Source: the human T2T-CHM13v2.0 reference genome, Homo sapiens. Taken from it: a stretch of 64,000 bases of DNA. A program made the translations under genes and the position numbers. Location of the stretch: NCBI RefSeq assembly GCF_009914755.1, contig NC_060934.1; one strand, written 5' to 3'. The notes beneath the pieces are model-generated. The model made no database searches and was not told the origin of the DNA. It saw only the letters and a program-made list of their open reading frames with translations. The stretch's first letter is position 1. Each line of letters starts with the position of its first letter. This document shows, piece by piece, positions 1 to 19,700 of this stretch.

Positions 1-1
1 T

Positions 2-483
<482 letters not shown>

Positions 484-720
484 TAGTTTCTTGTTTACAG
501 CAAAATTGATCAGGAAGAACAGAATTCCCATATATCCTCTGCCATCACACATGCACAGCCTCTCCATTATCAACAACCTACACCAGAGAAGTGCATTTGT
601 TACCATCAATGAACCTATAGAGATGCGTGATTATCAACAAAGTCCATAGTTTACATTAGAGTTCACTCTCGGTGTTGTACATTCTGTGAGTTTTGACAAG
701 TGTTCAATGACATGTATCTA

Positions 721-1075
<355 letters not shown>

Positions 1076-1096
1076 TCATCCCACCCTCTCCTTTAA

Positions 1097-1567
<471 letters not shown>

Positions 1568-2983
1568 AATCACTGATATTTTTATCATATCCATAGTTTT
1601 GCCTTTTCCTGAATGTTGTATAATTGAAATCATTACAATATGTAGGATTTTCAGATTGGCTTATTTCACTTAGTAATATGCACTAAGTTTCCCCCATGTC
1701 TTTTAGTGACTTAAATCATTCACTTCTATTTTAGCACTGAAGAACATTTTATTCTCTGTCTATACCCATTTGTATTTCTGCTCATCTACTGAGGGACATC
1801 TTATTTGCTTCCAAGTTTTGGCAATCATAAATAAAGCTGTCATGAACTTGTGCATACAGGTTTTTGCATGGATGTAAGTTCTCAATTCATTTGGGAGAAT
1901 CCCTGAGACTGCCAAGCTTTTACAAAGTGGCTTTTTGCATGCCCACTAGCAATGAATGCTAATTCCAGTTGCTTCACATCCTCACCAGCATATGATGTTG
2001 TCAGCATTTTGGGTTTTGGCAATTCAAATAGATGTGTCGTGTTAGCTTGTTGTTGTTTTAATTTGCAATTCTCTAGTGACATATGTTGTTGAGCATCTTT
2101 TTATATGCTTATTTACCATTCTTGTGTCTTCTTTGGTGAGTCGTCAGTTAAAGTCTTTTTTAGTTGGGTTATTTGCCTTCTTATTGTTGAGTTTTAAGAG
2201 TTCTTTGTGTATTTTGAATAACAGTTCTTTATCTGATAATGTCTTTTGCAAATATTATTTCCCAATCTGTAGCTTTTCTTTTTATTCTATTGACTTGTCT
2301 TCTGCAGAGAAGAAAATTTAATTTTAATGAAGTCCAGCTTACCAATTATTTCTTTCATGGATCATGCCTTAGGTATTGAATTTATAAAGTCGTCGCCATC
2401 CCAAGGTCATCTAGGTTTTCCCCTGTATTAGCTTCTAGAAGTTTTATAGTTTTGCATTTTACATTTAGGTTTATAATCCATTTTCAGTTAAGTTAGTTAG
2501 GGGTGTTATGTCTATCTAGATTGACTTTCTTTTGCATGTGGATTTCCAATTGTTCCAGCAACATTTCTTGAAAAGACTTTCTTTGCTTCATTGTATTGCC
2601 TTTATTCTTTTGTCAAAGATCAAAGTCTTCAAGTCAGATAGTGGCCATCCTCTGACTTTGTTCTTCAATATTGAGAAGGCCCTTCTGGGTCTTTTGCCTT
2701 TGGGATTTTGGAATTGTATTAGATTTATAGATCAAGTTAGAAAAACTGACATTTTGAAACCATTAATTTTTTTGTATCCATGAACATGGAATATCTCTCC
2801 ATTTATTTTGTTCTTTGATTTCTTTCACAGAATTCTGTAGTTTCTCTCATATAGATATTATACAGATTTTGTTAGATTTACAGCTAAGTATTTCATTTTT
2901 GGTGGTGCTAATGTGAGTAATAATGTGTTTTTAATTTCAAATTCCACATGTTCCTTGCTGTTATATAGGAAAATGGTTGATAT

Positions 2984-3021
2984 TTGGAAGGCAGCTCTGC
3001 TCACCACTATACCACTGAGAC
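2984..3021 (-). pseudogene. Tail-less retrocopy of the 5' half of tRNA-Gly(TCC)
   Basis: Reverse complement of 2984-3015 reads GTGGTATAGTGGTGAGCAGAGCTGCCTTCCAA, matching recalled human tRNA-Gly-TCC at 31/32 nt and ending just after the anticodon. Flanked by atggttgatattt / atgattgacattt. Confidence 0.8.
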
Positions 3022-4020
3022 ATGATTGACATTTGTATGTTAGCCTGTATCCTGTAACCTTGCTATAATTTCTTATTAGTTCTAGGCGGTTTTTTTTTTG
3101 TCAATTCATTCAGATTTTCTACATATACAATCATGTCATCTGAAAACAACCATAGTTTTATTTCTTCTTTCTCAATCTGTATACATTTTATTTCCTTTTC
3201 TGGTCTCATTGTATTAACTAGGACTACCAGTATGATGTTGAAAAGGAGTAGTGTGAGGAGAGCCTTACCTTTTTCATGATTTTAGTGGGAAAACTTCTAG
3301 TTTCTTGCTATTAACTATGATGTTAGCTGTAGGTTTTTGGAGATTTCTTCTTATCAAGTTGAGAAGTTTCCTTCTATTACTAGTTTTCTGAATGGTTTAT
3401 CATGAATGCATGTAGGATTTTATTAAATGCTTTTTCTGCATCTATTTGTGTGATCATGTAATTTTTCTTCAGCCTATTGGTGTGATGGAATTACACTAAT
3501 TAATTTTTGAATGTTGAAACTACCTTGCACACCTTAGATAAATCTCACTTGGTCATAGTGTGTAATCTTTTTATACATTGTTGCATTCTTTTTGTTAATA
3601 TTTTATTGGGGATTTTTGTTCATGAGAGATATTGATCTGTAGTCTTCTTTCTTAATAATGTCTTCATCTAGTTTTCGTATTAAGGTAATGTTGGCCTCAT
3701 AGAATGAGTTAGGAAATATTCCCTCTGCTTCTGTCTTTTGGAAGAGATTGTAGAAAATTGCCATAATTTCTTCCTCAATATTTGGTAGATTCACCAGTGA
3801 ACCCATCTGGGTCTGGTGCTTCCTGTTTTGGAAGGTTATTAATTATTGATTTACTTTCTTTAATAGATATACGCCTAGTCAAAGTATTTCTTCTTTTGTG
3901 AGTTTTGTTAGATTGTGAAATTTCAAAGAAATGGGCCCATTTTTTAAAGTTATCACTTATACGTAAAGTTACATAAACATACATATATATATATATAAGC
4001 ATAGATAATAAAAGACATTG

Positions 4021-4186
4021 TTTTTATTACTATTATTCTTATTTTGAGACAGAGTCTCACTCTGTTGCCTAGGCTGAAGTGCAGTGGTGTGATCATGGCT
4101 CACTGCAGCCTCAAGCTGCTGGGCTTAAGTGACACTCTTAGCCTCCCAAGTAGCTGAGGCCACAGACATATACCACCATACCCTTC
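4021..4186 (-). mobile_element. Alu right-arm fragment (AluJ/FRAM-like)
   Basis: Right monomer only, in reverse. Confidence 0.85.
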
Positions 4187-4187
4187 A

Positions 4188-5310
<1,123 letters not shown>

Positions 5311-5768
5311 TTAAAAATTGTAGTAATAGCATTTAACATGAGACCTATTCTTTCAACAAACTTTTAAGTATTAGCTATAGACATTTAATTGTACAGCAGA
5401 TGTCTGGAACTTATTCATCTTGTATAACTAAATCTTTATACCCAATGAATATCAACTCCCCATTTCCCCCTCCCCGCCGCCAGCCTCTGGCAACCAGTCT
5501 TCTTACTCTCTGTACGGGTTTGGCTTTGGCTATTTTTAGATACTTCATGTAAGTGGAACCACTTATATGAAGCATCTAAAAAAGTATTTGTTGTCCTGTG
5601 ACTACCTTATTTCACATAGTGTAATGTCCTCCACATTCATCCATGTTGTCTCATACTGTAGGATTTCCTTCTTTTCTAAGGCTGAATAATACTTCATTGT
5701 TTGCATATATTTTCTTTATCCATTCATCTGTCAATGGACATTTAGATTATTTTCCACATCTTGGCATA
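5311..5768 (-). mobile_element. LINE-1 3' end (L1MB1-3/L1MA9-like)
   Basis: gtacagcagatgtctggaacttattcatcttg and downstream match an L1MB 3' end in reverse. Confidence 0.8.
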
Positions 5769-5975
5769 CATAAATAGAGTTCCTTATCCTTAGTTCAGGT
5801 CTTCGTTAAAACCTGAACTTCTCCATTACCACTGTAATCTGTAACATTAACATTCTCTAATGGATCTCTCTGAATCTGACCTTCCATCATTCAGTCTAAC
5901 TATTACATTGTTAGTAGTGTATTTTTCTAAAAGGCAAAAATAATAATCCTTGGTAATAGATGAGTAGCTCATAAG

Positions 5976-6692
<717 letters not shown>

Positions 6693-6739
6693 TAGGTTAA
6701 TCTTTTACACAATTGAAATTCACTAGAAAGGTGAACAAA

Positions 6740-7930
<1,191 letters not shown>

Positions 7931-7939
7931 CTTTATTCT

Positions 7940-8191
7940 TTTTATTTTATTTTAAGTTCTGGGATACATGTGCAGGACGTGCAAGTTTGTTAATAGGTAA
8001 ATGTGTGCTATGGTGGTTTGCTGCACCTGTCAACCCATCATCTAGGTATTAAGCCCAGCATGCATTAACTATTTTTCCTGGGGCTCTCTCTGGCCCTGCA
8101 ACCGCCGGCAGGCCCCATTGTGTGTTGTTCCCCTCCCTGTGTCCATGTGCTCTCATTGTTCAGCTCCCACTTATAAGTGAGAACATGTAGT
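7940..8191 (-). mobile_element. 5'-truncated L1PA (PA10-13-like) 3' end
   Basis: L1PA 3' UTR in reverse; perfect 17-bp TSD gaaaacttctttattct at 7923-7939 and 8192-8208. Confidence 0.92.
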
Positions 8192-9120
8192 GAAAACTTC
8201 TTTATTCTCATCAAAAATTTCAGTAAGATGTATCTGCTATGAGTTTCTCCTCACAACTTCTGCTAGGGTTTCAGTGGACTTGTGTTCTCTATTTTCTTTG
8301 TCTCTTAACCTTTTCCCCATCACTTTATTACTTCTTATTTTGCACTGTATCCTGGAGGATCACTCAGCTTGCATTTCCAGGTCGCCACTTTAATCTTCAC
8401 ATATTTCCTTTCTGTATCTTAGCCCACAGATTGAGATTTATCTGTGGAGTTGGGGGATGACAATCATTTCTATTTTCCAACCACTCTGATCACTTTTTCA
8501 AAGAAACTTTTTCTTGTTGTGATAGCTTCTCCTTTCTCTGAGGATACTAATGATTATTTTGCAGTCTTCTCTTGTTTCCTTTGTAAATTCTGTTTCCTCA
8601 TGTGTTAATTCTTTTTCACATTGTTATTTTCTCAGCTATCTGGTGATTCTTAGATGTGTGTTTATATTGATGAGGGAAGATTACCATTTCAGTACTTTTA
8701 AGTGAAAGGTATTCCCTCCGTAAGTTGAAAGTGCTTGGATTCCTGGAAGTGAATGTGGATTCCAAGGTTATACAGGGAGGGTCACAGAGGATGTGCATGA
8801 AGCTGAGCTTCCCTCTAGGGAAGTGGTACCTTGTCTTGTGGGTGCAGGTCTGCTATTTTTTTTTTTATCAGCTGCAATTCATGTGTGAAGTTACCTCATT
8901 TCTGTGGCCCCAGCGTTTTTGTCTCTGAATCTTTCAAATCAGGACTCGTAATTTGTTTAGAGGAATGTACTGTCAACATATTGAAAGAAAAAAGAACAAC
9001 GTTTCCACATGGTCCCCTAGTTTGTAATCACAGAAACATGAACTTTGAGAACTGGAAGGGCTATCAAGAGTTGAGGGAATGGGGTCATAAGTCAGTAACT
9101 TCTCACCAGGGATGGAGACA

Positions 9121-10030
9121 TGTGTTAGTTTCCTGTTGTTACCAAACAAGTAACCACAGACTTAGTGGCTTGAAACAACACAGATGTATTGTCTTATAGT
9201 TCAGGAAGTTAGAAGTTCTAAAATCAAGGTGTTGACAGGGCTGCATTTTTCTGGAATCTCAAGGGGAAGGTCTACTTCCTTGCTGTTGTGGGCTTCTAGA
9301 GGCCGCCCACATTCCTTGGCTAGGGTCTCTTCCTCCAGCTTCAAAACCAGCAGCACTGTCTTCAGATCTCTCTCTTCCTCTAATCTCTGCTTCTGTCATC
9401 ACATCCCCTTCTCTGAGTAAGATCCTCCTGCCCCTCTCTTGCAAGGACGCTTGTGAATACATTGGCCCTATCCAGATAATCCAGGGTAATATCTCCATCT
9501 CGAGGTCCTTAACTGTATTAGTCTACTCTCACGCTGCTGATAAAGACATACCTGAGTAATTTATAAAGAAATACCTGGGTAATTTATAAAGTAATTTATA
9601 AAGACATACCTGGGTAATTTATAAAGAAAAAGAGGTTTAATGGACTCACAGTTCCACATGTCTGGGGAGGCCTCACAATCACGGCAGAAGGTGAAAGGCA
9701 TGTCTTACATGGCAGCAGACAAGAGAATGAGAGAGTGCCAAGTGAAAAGGGAAACCGCTTATAAAATCATCAGATCTTGTGAGACTTACTCAGTACCACG
9801 AGAACAGTATGGGGGAAACCACCCCTGTGATTCAATTATCTCCCACGGGGTCCCTCCTACAACACGTGGGAATTATGGAAGCTACAGTTCAAGATGAGAT
9901 TTGGGTGGGGACACAGCCAAACCAGATCCTTAACTAAATCGATTTTGCAAAATCCCTTTTGCCATGTGAGATTCACTGGTTCTGGGGATACAGATGTGAC
10001 CATTTGGGGGAGACCATTATTCTGAGGTGT
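9121..10030 (-). mobile_element. MaLR LTR MLT1C/D-like, split by THE1
   Basis: tgtgttagtttcctg...cttagtggcttgaaacaacacag...ccagataatccagggtaat. Confidence 0.85.
9514..9929 (-). mobile_element. THE1 (THE1B-like) solo LTR
   Basis: tgtattagtc...gggacacagccaaacc termini; 5-bp TSD ttaac at 9509-9513 and 9930-9934. Confidence 0.92.
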
Positions 10031-10995
10031 GTGTCTCTTTTTGAGCTGGTGGGGCACAGCAGTGGGTGGTCTCAGGAGCACTGAGGATGAGGCATCTTAG
10101 GTTTGAACATTAGAGTCTCTAATTGTTCCTCTACCCTTTCCCTGTTGGTCTTCCTACTTTCCCCTATCTCCATACTCTCACAATGATAAGCATTCTTACT
10201 GAGCCCGTACGTTCTCTTTTCCAGCTGGTCTTGGCTCATTCCTGCTCCTCCCTGCTAGTATCTCAAAGCCACCTTACAGGAATGTAAAAGCCACACTACC
10301 CAATTACTGCAACTCAAAGGATAAATGTCAACATCTATACAAAGTATTGTCAGAAAGAGTGTGGAAAAAAGGTAAGGTTCTTTGTGGAGTCTGTACAGGC
10401 CTGTAAAAATCCAATTTATGTACCAGAAATGACTACATATGTTATGCAATAGAAATACCTCTACCAAATCCTGACATGTATATGTGTTGGGCCTGCATTT
10501 AATCGAGGGTCGTCTCTTTAGATTATGATGTGAAATTCCCATTTGAGGTCTTTGATGGGAACCACATGGCAGAGCTTTGCTGCTTAGCTGTAGAGCGGGG
10601 CAGCCCCGCTGCTGCACAATGCATCCTGTGTAGCTTTCATGTTTGACAGATGGCCTGCTTTTCTGTGTATATTATCAGATGCCTCCTTCTCAAGCTGTAA
10701 AATCTGATGATAGAGCCCAAATTTAATATATTCAACCTGAGCTGTTGATAGAATTAAAAACTTATCAGCCAAAGATGTCATGTTTACTCAACATCAGAAA
10801 CAGAGTACTTTTTAATGTTGTTTTTGTTGATCTGGCCAATATACTCTCCAAAACGTTGTGCTCTGAAGAAAGGGCAGAGAAGCAAAAGAACAGATAGAGG
10901 AGCAGTGGGAAGTGGTGTCAAGTCCTAGCAAGGTCATTCCATTGTGGAGGGAGGCCAGCTGACATTTCATTTTGTAATACTTAACAAGACAGAAG

Positions 10996-11492
<497 letters not shown>

Positions 11493-11544
11493 TCACAGAA
11501 TAAACATTATTTCATGTATGCTCTTGATTGCAACACAATTTTTC

Positions 11545-12480
<936 letters not shown>

Positions 12481-12593
12481 TTTTGTTTGTGTGTGTATTT
12501 GCTTTCTAGTTTGTTAATTTCTGTAAAGGTTTTCACTTTCAACTTTTTAAAAAAGATTTACTCCATTAATCTTTTTCTAATACCCCCTCCCCT

Positions 12594-13198
<605 letters not shown>

Positions 13199-13729
13199 TC
13201 CTAGCCCTTTGAATTAAATGGCTAATTCTTCAGGCAAAAAGTTTTATCAGAAATAAAACCTTAGTACGTTTTCATAGGTTTTAATGTGCTATATATTCCC
13301 TGCCATTTAATTCCAAAATTTCAAAATTTCCATTGTGAGTTTATCTTACAATTATCAGTTGTTTGTCACTTTGACTTTTAGTTTTCAAACTTGTGCTGTT
13401 AATTTTTTTGGAGAGGAAGATTCTATTTATTATTAATTTCTAACATTGTTGTAGGAATCTGGTATAAGACGTGGGATGTGTGCATTGCAACTCTTTGTCC
13501 CAGTTTATACCTGCTGCCTAATCGTAATTATTATGTCCCCTTTTACCTCAAATGTGTCCCAGTTGTGCACAACATATTATATGGTTATGGTTTGTGTGCA
13601 TGTGTGTGTGTCCGTGTGCATGTCATTGTCTCATTAAAATCTCCTCTATCAAGAATAACTTTTTGTCTACTTGACCTATCCGTTTAAGATGGAAGTGTGT
13701 TAAAATCTCCCACTCTGATTTTAATTCAA

Positions 13730-14005
13730 TTTCATATCTCCAGTCTTGCCCTCTTACCTGAACTCCAGACTCTTGTATCCTTCTTGTACCCTCTTGTACC
13801 TCTACGTCACACCTTCAAGGGCCTGTCCCTGTCTGATAAATCTTAAATGTTACATGTGCAAACAGAATTCTTGATTTTTCTTGCAAATAGCTCTTTGCTC
13901 AGGGATCCACCTCTCAGGAAGTAACACCTTCTTTTGTCCAGTCATTCAAGCCCCAAATCTTGTAACCATCTTGTCTTTCTCTTGATTTGTTCATCATATC
14001 AACAA
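13730..14005 (+). mobile_element. L2 LINE fragment
   Basis: cctgaactccagactcttgtatcc...aacagaattcttgatt...caagccccaaatctt resembles L2. Confidence 0.65.
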
Positions 14006-15477
14006 ACACATCTTCGGGGGTTGGGGGTTTTAAGAGAGGTTGATTAATGGATACAAATATACAGCTTGATAGAAGAAATAAGATTTATTAGGCTTCTTCC
14101 AGTTTGGGGAACTTCTATTTCTACATGATTTGGTGAGATTTGATATATTTTTCAGGACTGACCCCTAAAGAGAATTATTATTTGGGTGCAAAATTTGAAA
14201 GAGCCAAGTAAGAAGACAAGCTTTCCAGAGCAATTGCCACCATATTTTTCAGCTCTGTATTCCAGAAACACAAGATTGTCATATAAGAAACACAAGTAAG
14301 AGATTTTCTCCAATAACAATAACATCAAAACTCCCTTAGACTGCAAAAAATTAAATAGATTATAATTAAGAAAATATTTTAAACAAAATCCAGCTGTTAA
14401 TCTAAATGCTGATGTTTTTCCTGTTTATAATAGTCTGGATTGAAAAGACTCAAGAAGAATACCTCAGGGTAGAATAAAAACTTATTAATCTTATCATTTT
14501 CACCTAAATTTTCCTGAGCAGAGGTGCATTCTGCTTGGTTGATATAATTATCATAATAACAGTAAAAGTAACAAAGGAGGCTCTATTTAAACCGATAATT
14601 AGAACTTAGCTAATATCATCTGGAATATTTTGTAAGTTCAAATATTTACTGTAGGAATTAATTGATTGGAAAGTCCTATTAAATGAAATTTAATAATATT
14701 TTTAAGTAAATTTAAGTAAAATGTATTTTTAAATTATACAAATAATATAGATTCATTTAAGAAAAGTTAGAAAGTTTAGATAACCAAGGAATATGAAAGT
14801 ATAAGAGTAAGCTTACATATTACTGATTCCTGGTTTGTCACCCCAAAATGCCCTCAAAAGAAAGATCAAATAAATACTATCTGGGGGACAAACTTAGACA
14901 AGTCTTTAAATTAGGAACAATGCCAACTGTACTATACAAATGTCACAGAATTCCTGCTGCATACATTACAGTTTGGATCAAGTGAAGGAAGATGGGAGAG
15001 TCATGGGTCTTTTCCTTTTCTAAGAAAGCAGTGCAGTATTTTTGGAAGTAAGAAAAAGACATTCTGTTGATGAGGGAGGGGAACAACACTGCAAAGGATG
15101 CATCTGGAAGCATCCATGGATCACTGGGGAGTCTCACATACTGTGGTCCCATCTTCCTGCTGGAGATCATGGAGAAGCTAAAGTGTGTAAGAGGCAGTGA
15201 TAGAAGGAAAAACAAATGCTTCTTTTCTACCATTTTTCTATTATCTGGTGACTTCTTTGAAGCATGGGGCTGTTTAGTACTAGGGGATGTCCCCAGTCTT
15301 CAGGGGCTGAGTCGTTAAGATAAGAAATAGACCAGGAAAGAAACTAGATGAGATTTACTTGGGGCTATTTCTAGACCTTTGAACTAGCAGTAGCAAAGGG
15401 AAAAACTAGGAGGAAAGTTATGAATACCCTTATCAAATGAAAGCCTATATTCACTACAATTTTTTTAATCTGAAACT

Positions 15478-15787
<310 letters not shown>

Positions 15788-16260
15788 TAAAAAGTCATTG
15801 AAATTCTTGGTGGCTGGTTAATGCAGAGAAACAATTGAAATCATAGTCCTCTCTTCTTGGTAGACCATCATACACCACCAGCATGCTATAATGGCAGCAG
15901 AAACATCATTACAGGAAACCAAACAAGCTAAAAACATACAATAACATCAAAAACAGAAATAAAGTTGCCAAAGGCAAAATTCCAGCGCTGGTTGGCCCCC
16001 ATGATACTCATATCCACCTGTACGACTCAGACTATGGAATGATCAAGAGACAACAATGTAAATCTGCATCTTTCAGGTCATTTTAAAATTAGTTTTGGAC
16101 ATGTAATACACATGTTTAAAAAATTCACAAGCTAAAATAATCATTTTAATGATGAGAAATTATCATTTTTCCTCTTTATTACTTTTTAATTATAAAAATA
16201 ATATATACTTGTTATAAAAAAACTCAAACATTTAGGAGGGATCAAGGTAAAAAGTTAAAC

Positions 16261-16836
16261 TATATTAGTTCCCTATTGATGGAGATCATGGAGAAGCTAA
16301 ATTCTATAAGAGGCAGCGATAGAAGAAATGCTTCTTTTCTACCATTTTTCTATTATCTGGTGACTTCTTTAGTCACCATATAAATTACCATAAACCTGGT
16401 GGCTTAAAGCAACTTGGATTCATTCTTTTTACAATTCTGAAGGCCATTAGTCTTTAATGGAGTTCCCTGGGCCAAAATCAGAAAGTCAATCAGGCAGCAC
16501 TCACTGGGGACTTTGGGGAGAATCCATTTCCTTGGCTTTTTCATCTTTTGCGGGATATCCTCATTCCTTGGCTTGTGGTCACACCACATCACCTCTCCTA
16601 CCTCTGATCTCAGTGTCACCTCACTTTCTCTTCCTTGTAAAATCTCCCTCTGCCTACCTCTTATAAGGATCCTTGTGATTACATTTAGAGCCCACCCAAA
16701 GAGTCTCTCCCCAGCTCAAGATCCTTAACTTAATTATATCTATAAAGTCACTTTTGCCACATAAGATAATATATTCACAGGTTCTGGGGATTCGAATGTG
16801 GACATTCTTGTGGGGGGCATTATTTAGCCTTCCACA
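16261..16836 (-). mobile_element. MaLR LTR MLT1C/D-like carrying a ~90-bp foreign insert
   Basis: tattagttccctattg...aaattaccataaacctggtggcttaaagcaac...ggcattatttagccttccaca. Confidence 0.85.
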
Positions 16837-17580
16837 TGAGACCTCCTCCACTTATTCCAATTCTGCCCCATCCCTCTACTCAGAGCAAACCACTATCAAC
16901 TTTTAGGGTTGTATCTCAATACCTTTGTTATGTTACACGTCTATATTCCCACATGACTTTAGGGCTCCTCTGCAGGTGCATAGAGCAACCAAGAATCAAG
17001 CGTTCAGGAATTTGTAATTATGTCACCTGGAGAGCCATGCAAATGTAACATGTGTCCAAAATGCACTCAAATCATAAGCACTACAAAAAAATTAAGATGA
17101 AATTCTTGCCCAATCACTGCTAAGTGGACCACAAAAGCATTTCAGTTCATAATATTATTTTATTTTACTTCTCAAAATAGGTCCCAGTCCTATTCTCTGT
17201 AGGTCTCAGAATAACCAAAGAGAAGTAAATCCCTGTTTCCAATGAAAGCACAATGGAGGGGAGAGACGTGGGAAGGGCAGGTCCTAATTCTGAAGCCAAA
17301 AGGATGTGGGAAAACCCAAAATATTAAACTGCGATCAGCATCGTGGCACACATTTTGCGTTTTCCTTTGACCCTGTTGTCCAATAAATGAATGCCTTTAA
17401 AATTTTTATTTTAAAATAAAATATTTTATTTTGTTCTTAAAATACTTCATTTTAGGGAGCACAATTTGATTGGGCCATGTTGTAGGTCTGGTGATATTTC
17501 AATAAAAGGATTTCTTTTAGCTAACTGAGGGGAAAACCGGGAGAAAAATGATTCCTAAGTGGAGTTAAGATTCACATTAG

Positions 17581-17882
<302 letters not shown>

Positions 17883-17897
17883 GAGATTCACGTTAAG

Positions 17898-18060
17898 CAG
17901 ATTGTGGTGGCTCCTGCCTGGAATCCCAGCACTTTGGGAGGCCAAGGCAGGAAGATTACTTGAGGCCAGGAGTTCAAGACCAGCCTGGCAACAGTGAGAC
18001 CCCATCTGTACAAAATAAATAAGTAAATGAATAAACAAAATAAAATAAAATAAAAAATAA
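17898..18060 (+). mobile_element. Alu left monomer (FLAM_C/AluJ)
   Basis: Single left arm followed by (AAAT/AAAAT)n. Confidence 0.85.
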
Positions 18061-18149
18061 TTACTTTCGTGGAGTTCACTAATCCTGGTTGTCTTCTGGT
18101 TTCTATTTCTCCTGATTTATTTTCCTTTGGTGAGAGAATCTCTGATCTT

Positions 18150-18535
18150 TTGGCCAAAGACATGACTACTCGGAATAAAGTCTACATGGTTTAGTCTCCC
18201 TTGGTAGGTACTTCTACATAAGTGATATTTGTCAAAAAGATTCAAGGGCAAGTAGTGCACAAAATTTCCAGTATGTGCCTTCCTCCCTTCCTGTATCCTA
18301 CTAAAATATAAACCTGACAGCAAACCGTCTTGGACCACGTCATGAGGACAATGCTGTATGGATAGCAGAGCAACAAGATAGAAACAGCCATGGTCCCTGG
18401 TAACTCCGAGGAATAGAGCCCCTTGAGTGGCTTAATTCTGGACTCTTCTGCAAGAAAGGAATAAAACTCAGTTTGGTTTAAGTCACTTTATTTCATGTCT
18501 CCATTGCATACATCCAAACTTAAATCCTAATAATC
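18150..18535 (+). mobile_element. Old MaLR LTR (MLT1J/K-like)
   Basis: gcagagcaacaagatagaa...aataaa...tttaagtcact...aatcctaataat 3' end. Confidence 0.65.
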
Positions 18536-18729
18536 CCTGGACATTTAATTTTTGACATATTATAATTAAATCAAAGTAGAAAGCAGTCACTCCTTGTCAG
18601 TTACTGAATGAAAATCCCCAAATGTTTCTAGCCTGCTGAGAGTTATCTTCTACCAAACATCAGGAGGTCTGGGAGGTAGGTCCATTGGCTTGGGGGAGAT
18701 GAAATTTTATGGGATTGACGTAGTAGTGG

Positions 18730-19225
18730 TGTGGCAGATAAACTTAAAGGTGGTCCCACGACCCCTTCCTGTTGGTATTCAGGCCTTTGTGTAATTGTTT
18801 TCTTCTTAGGTGTAGACCAGACCCATGACTTGCTCCTAAACAACAGAATATGACAAATGGAATGGCACGTCACTCCCATGATTATGTGATGTTATATGAC
18901 TGTGTCTTGCTAGCTGGCTGGCTCCACAGACGTTCTCTCTCCCTTGCTGGCTGTGAAGAAGCAAGCTGCCAGAACTCCTAAAGCCACATGGAGCTCATTG
19001 CTGCCAAAAGGAATTGGGAAGCAAATCCTTCCCTAGCTGAGCCTCCAGTTGAGAGCCAGTCCTGGCCAACACCTTGAATGTAGCCTTGTAAGACCTTCTG
19101 AGGAGGACCAAGCTATGCCGTATCCAGATGTGTGACCTGCAGAAACTCTGAGGTAATAATTGTGTGCTGATTCAAGCTCCCATGTTTGCAGTAATTTCTT
19201 ACGCAGCATAGAAACATAGACTACA
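18730..19225 (+). mobile_element. MaLR LTR (MLT1E/F-like)
   Basis: tgtggcagat...gacttgctcctaaacaacagaatatg...gcagcatagaaac...taca. Confidence 0.82.
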
Positions 19226-19320
19226 AATGTCTGGAAAAGAATAGCATGTGGCTTTTTAGCCAACCTGTGTGTGATTTCAAGGGAGCAGGAGATTTTAGAG
19301 GCAATTAGTCTTATAAAGGA

Positions 19321-19700
19321 TATATGAGTCCATTTTGCACTGCTATGAAGGAATAGCAGAGACTGGGTAATTTTACAAGGAAAATAGGCTTATTTGACTC
19401 ATGGTTCTGCAGGCTGCACAAGAAGCATGGTGCCAGCATCAGTTTTTAATGCGGGCCTCAGGACACGTACAGTCATAGTGGAAGGCAAGAGGAGCTGGAT
19501 GTGGCACACCTTAAGAGAGGAGGCAAGACAGAGGGTGCAAGAAGTTCCAGAATCTTTAACTACCAGATCTTATGTGAACTTATGACTGTGGGGAGGGCAC
19601 CAAGCCATTCATGAGGGATCTGCCCCCATGACCTCCCACTAAGCCCCACCTCCAACACTTGGGATCACATTTCAACATAAGATTTGGAGGGGGAAAATAT
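19321..19700 (-). mobile_element. MaLR LTR MSTB-like
   Basis: ggttctgcaggctgcacaagaagcatggtgccagcatc...gggatcacatttcaacat. Confidence 0.88.
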
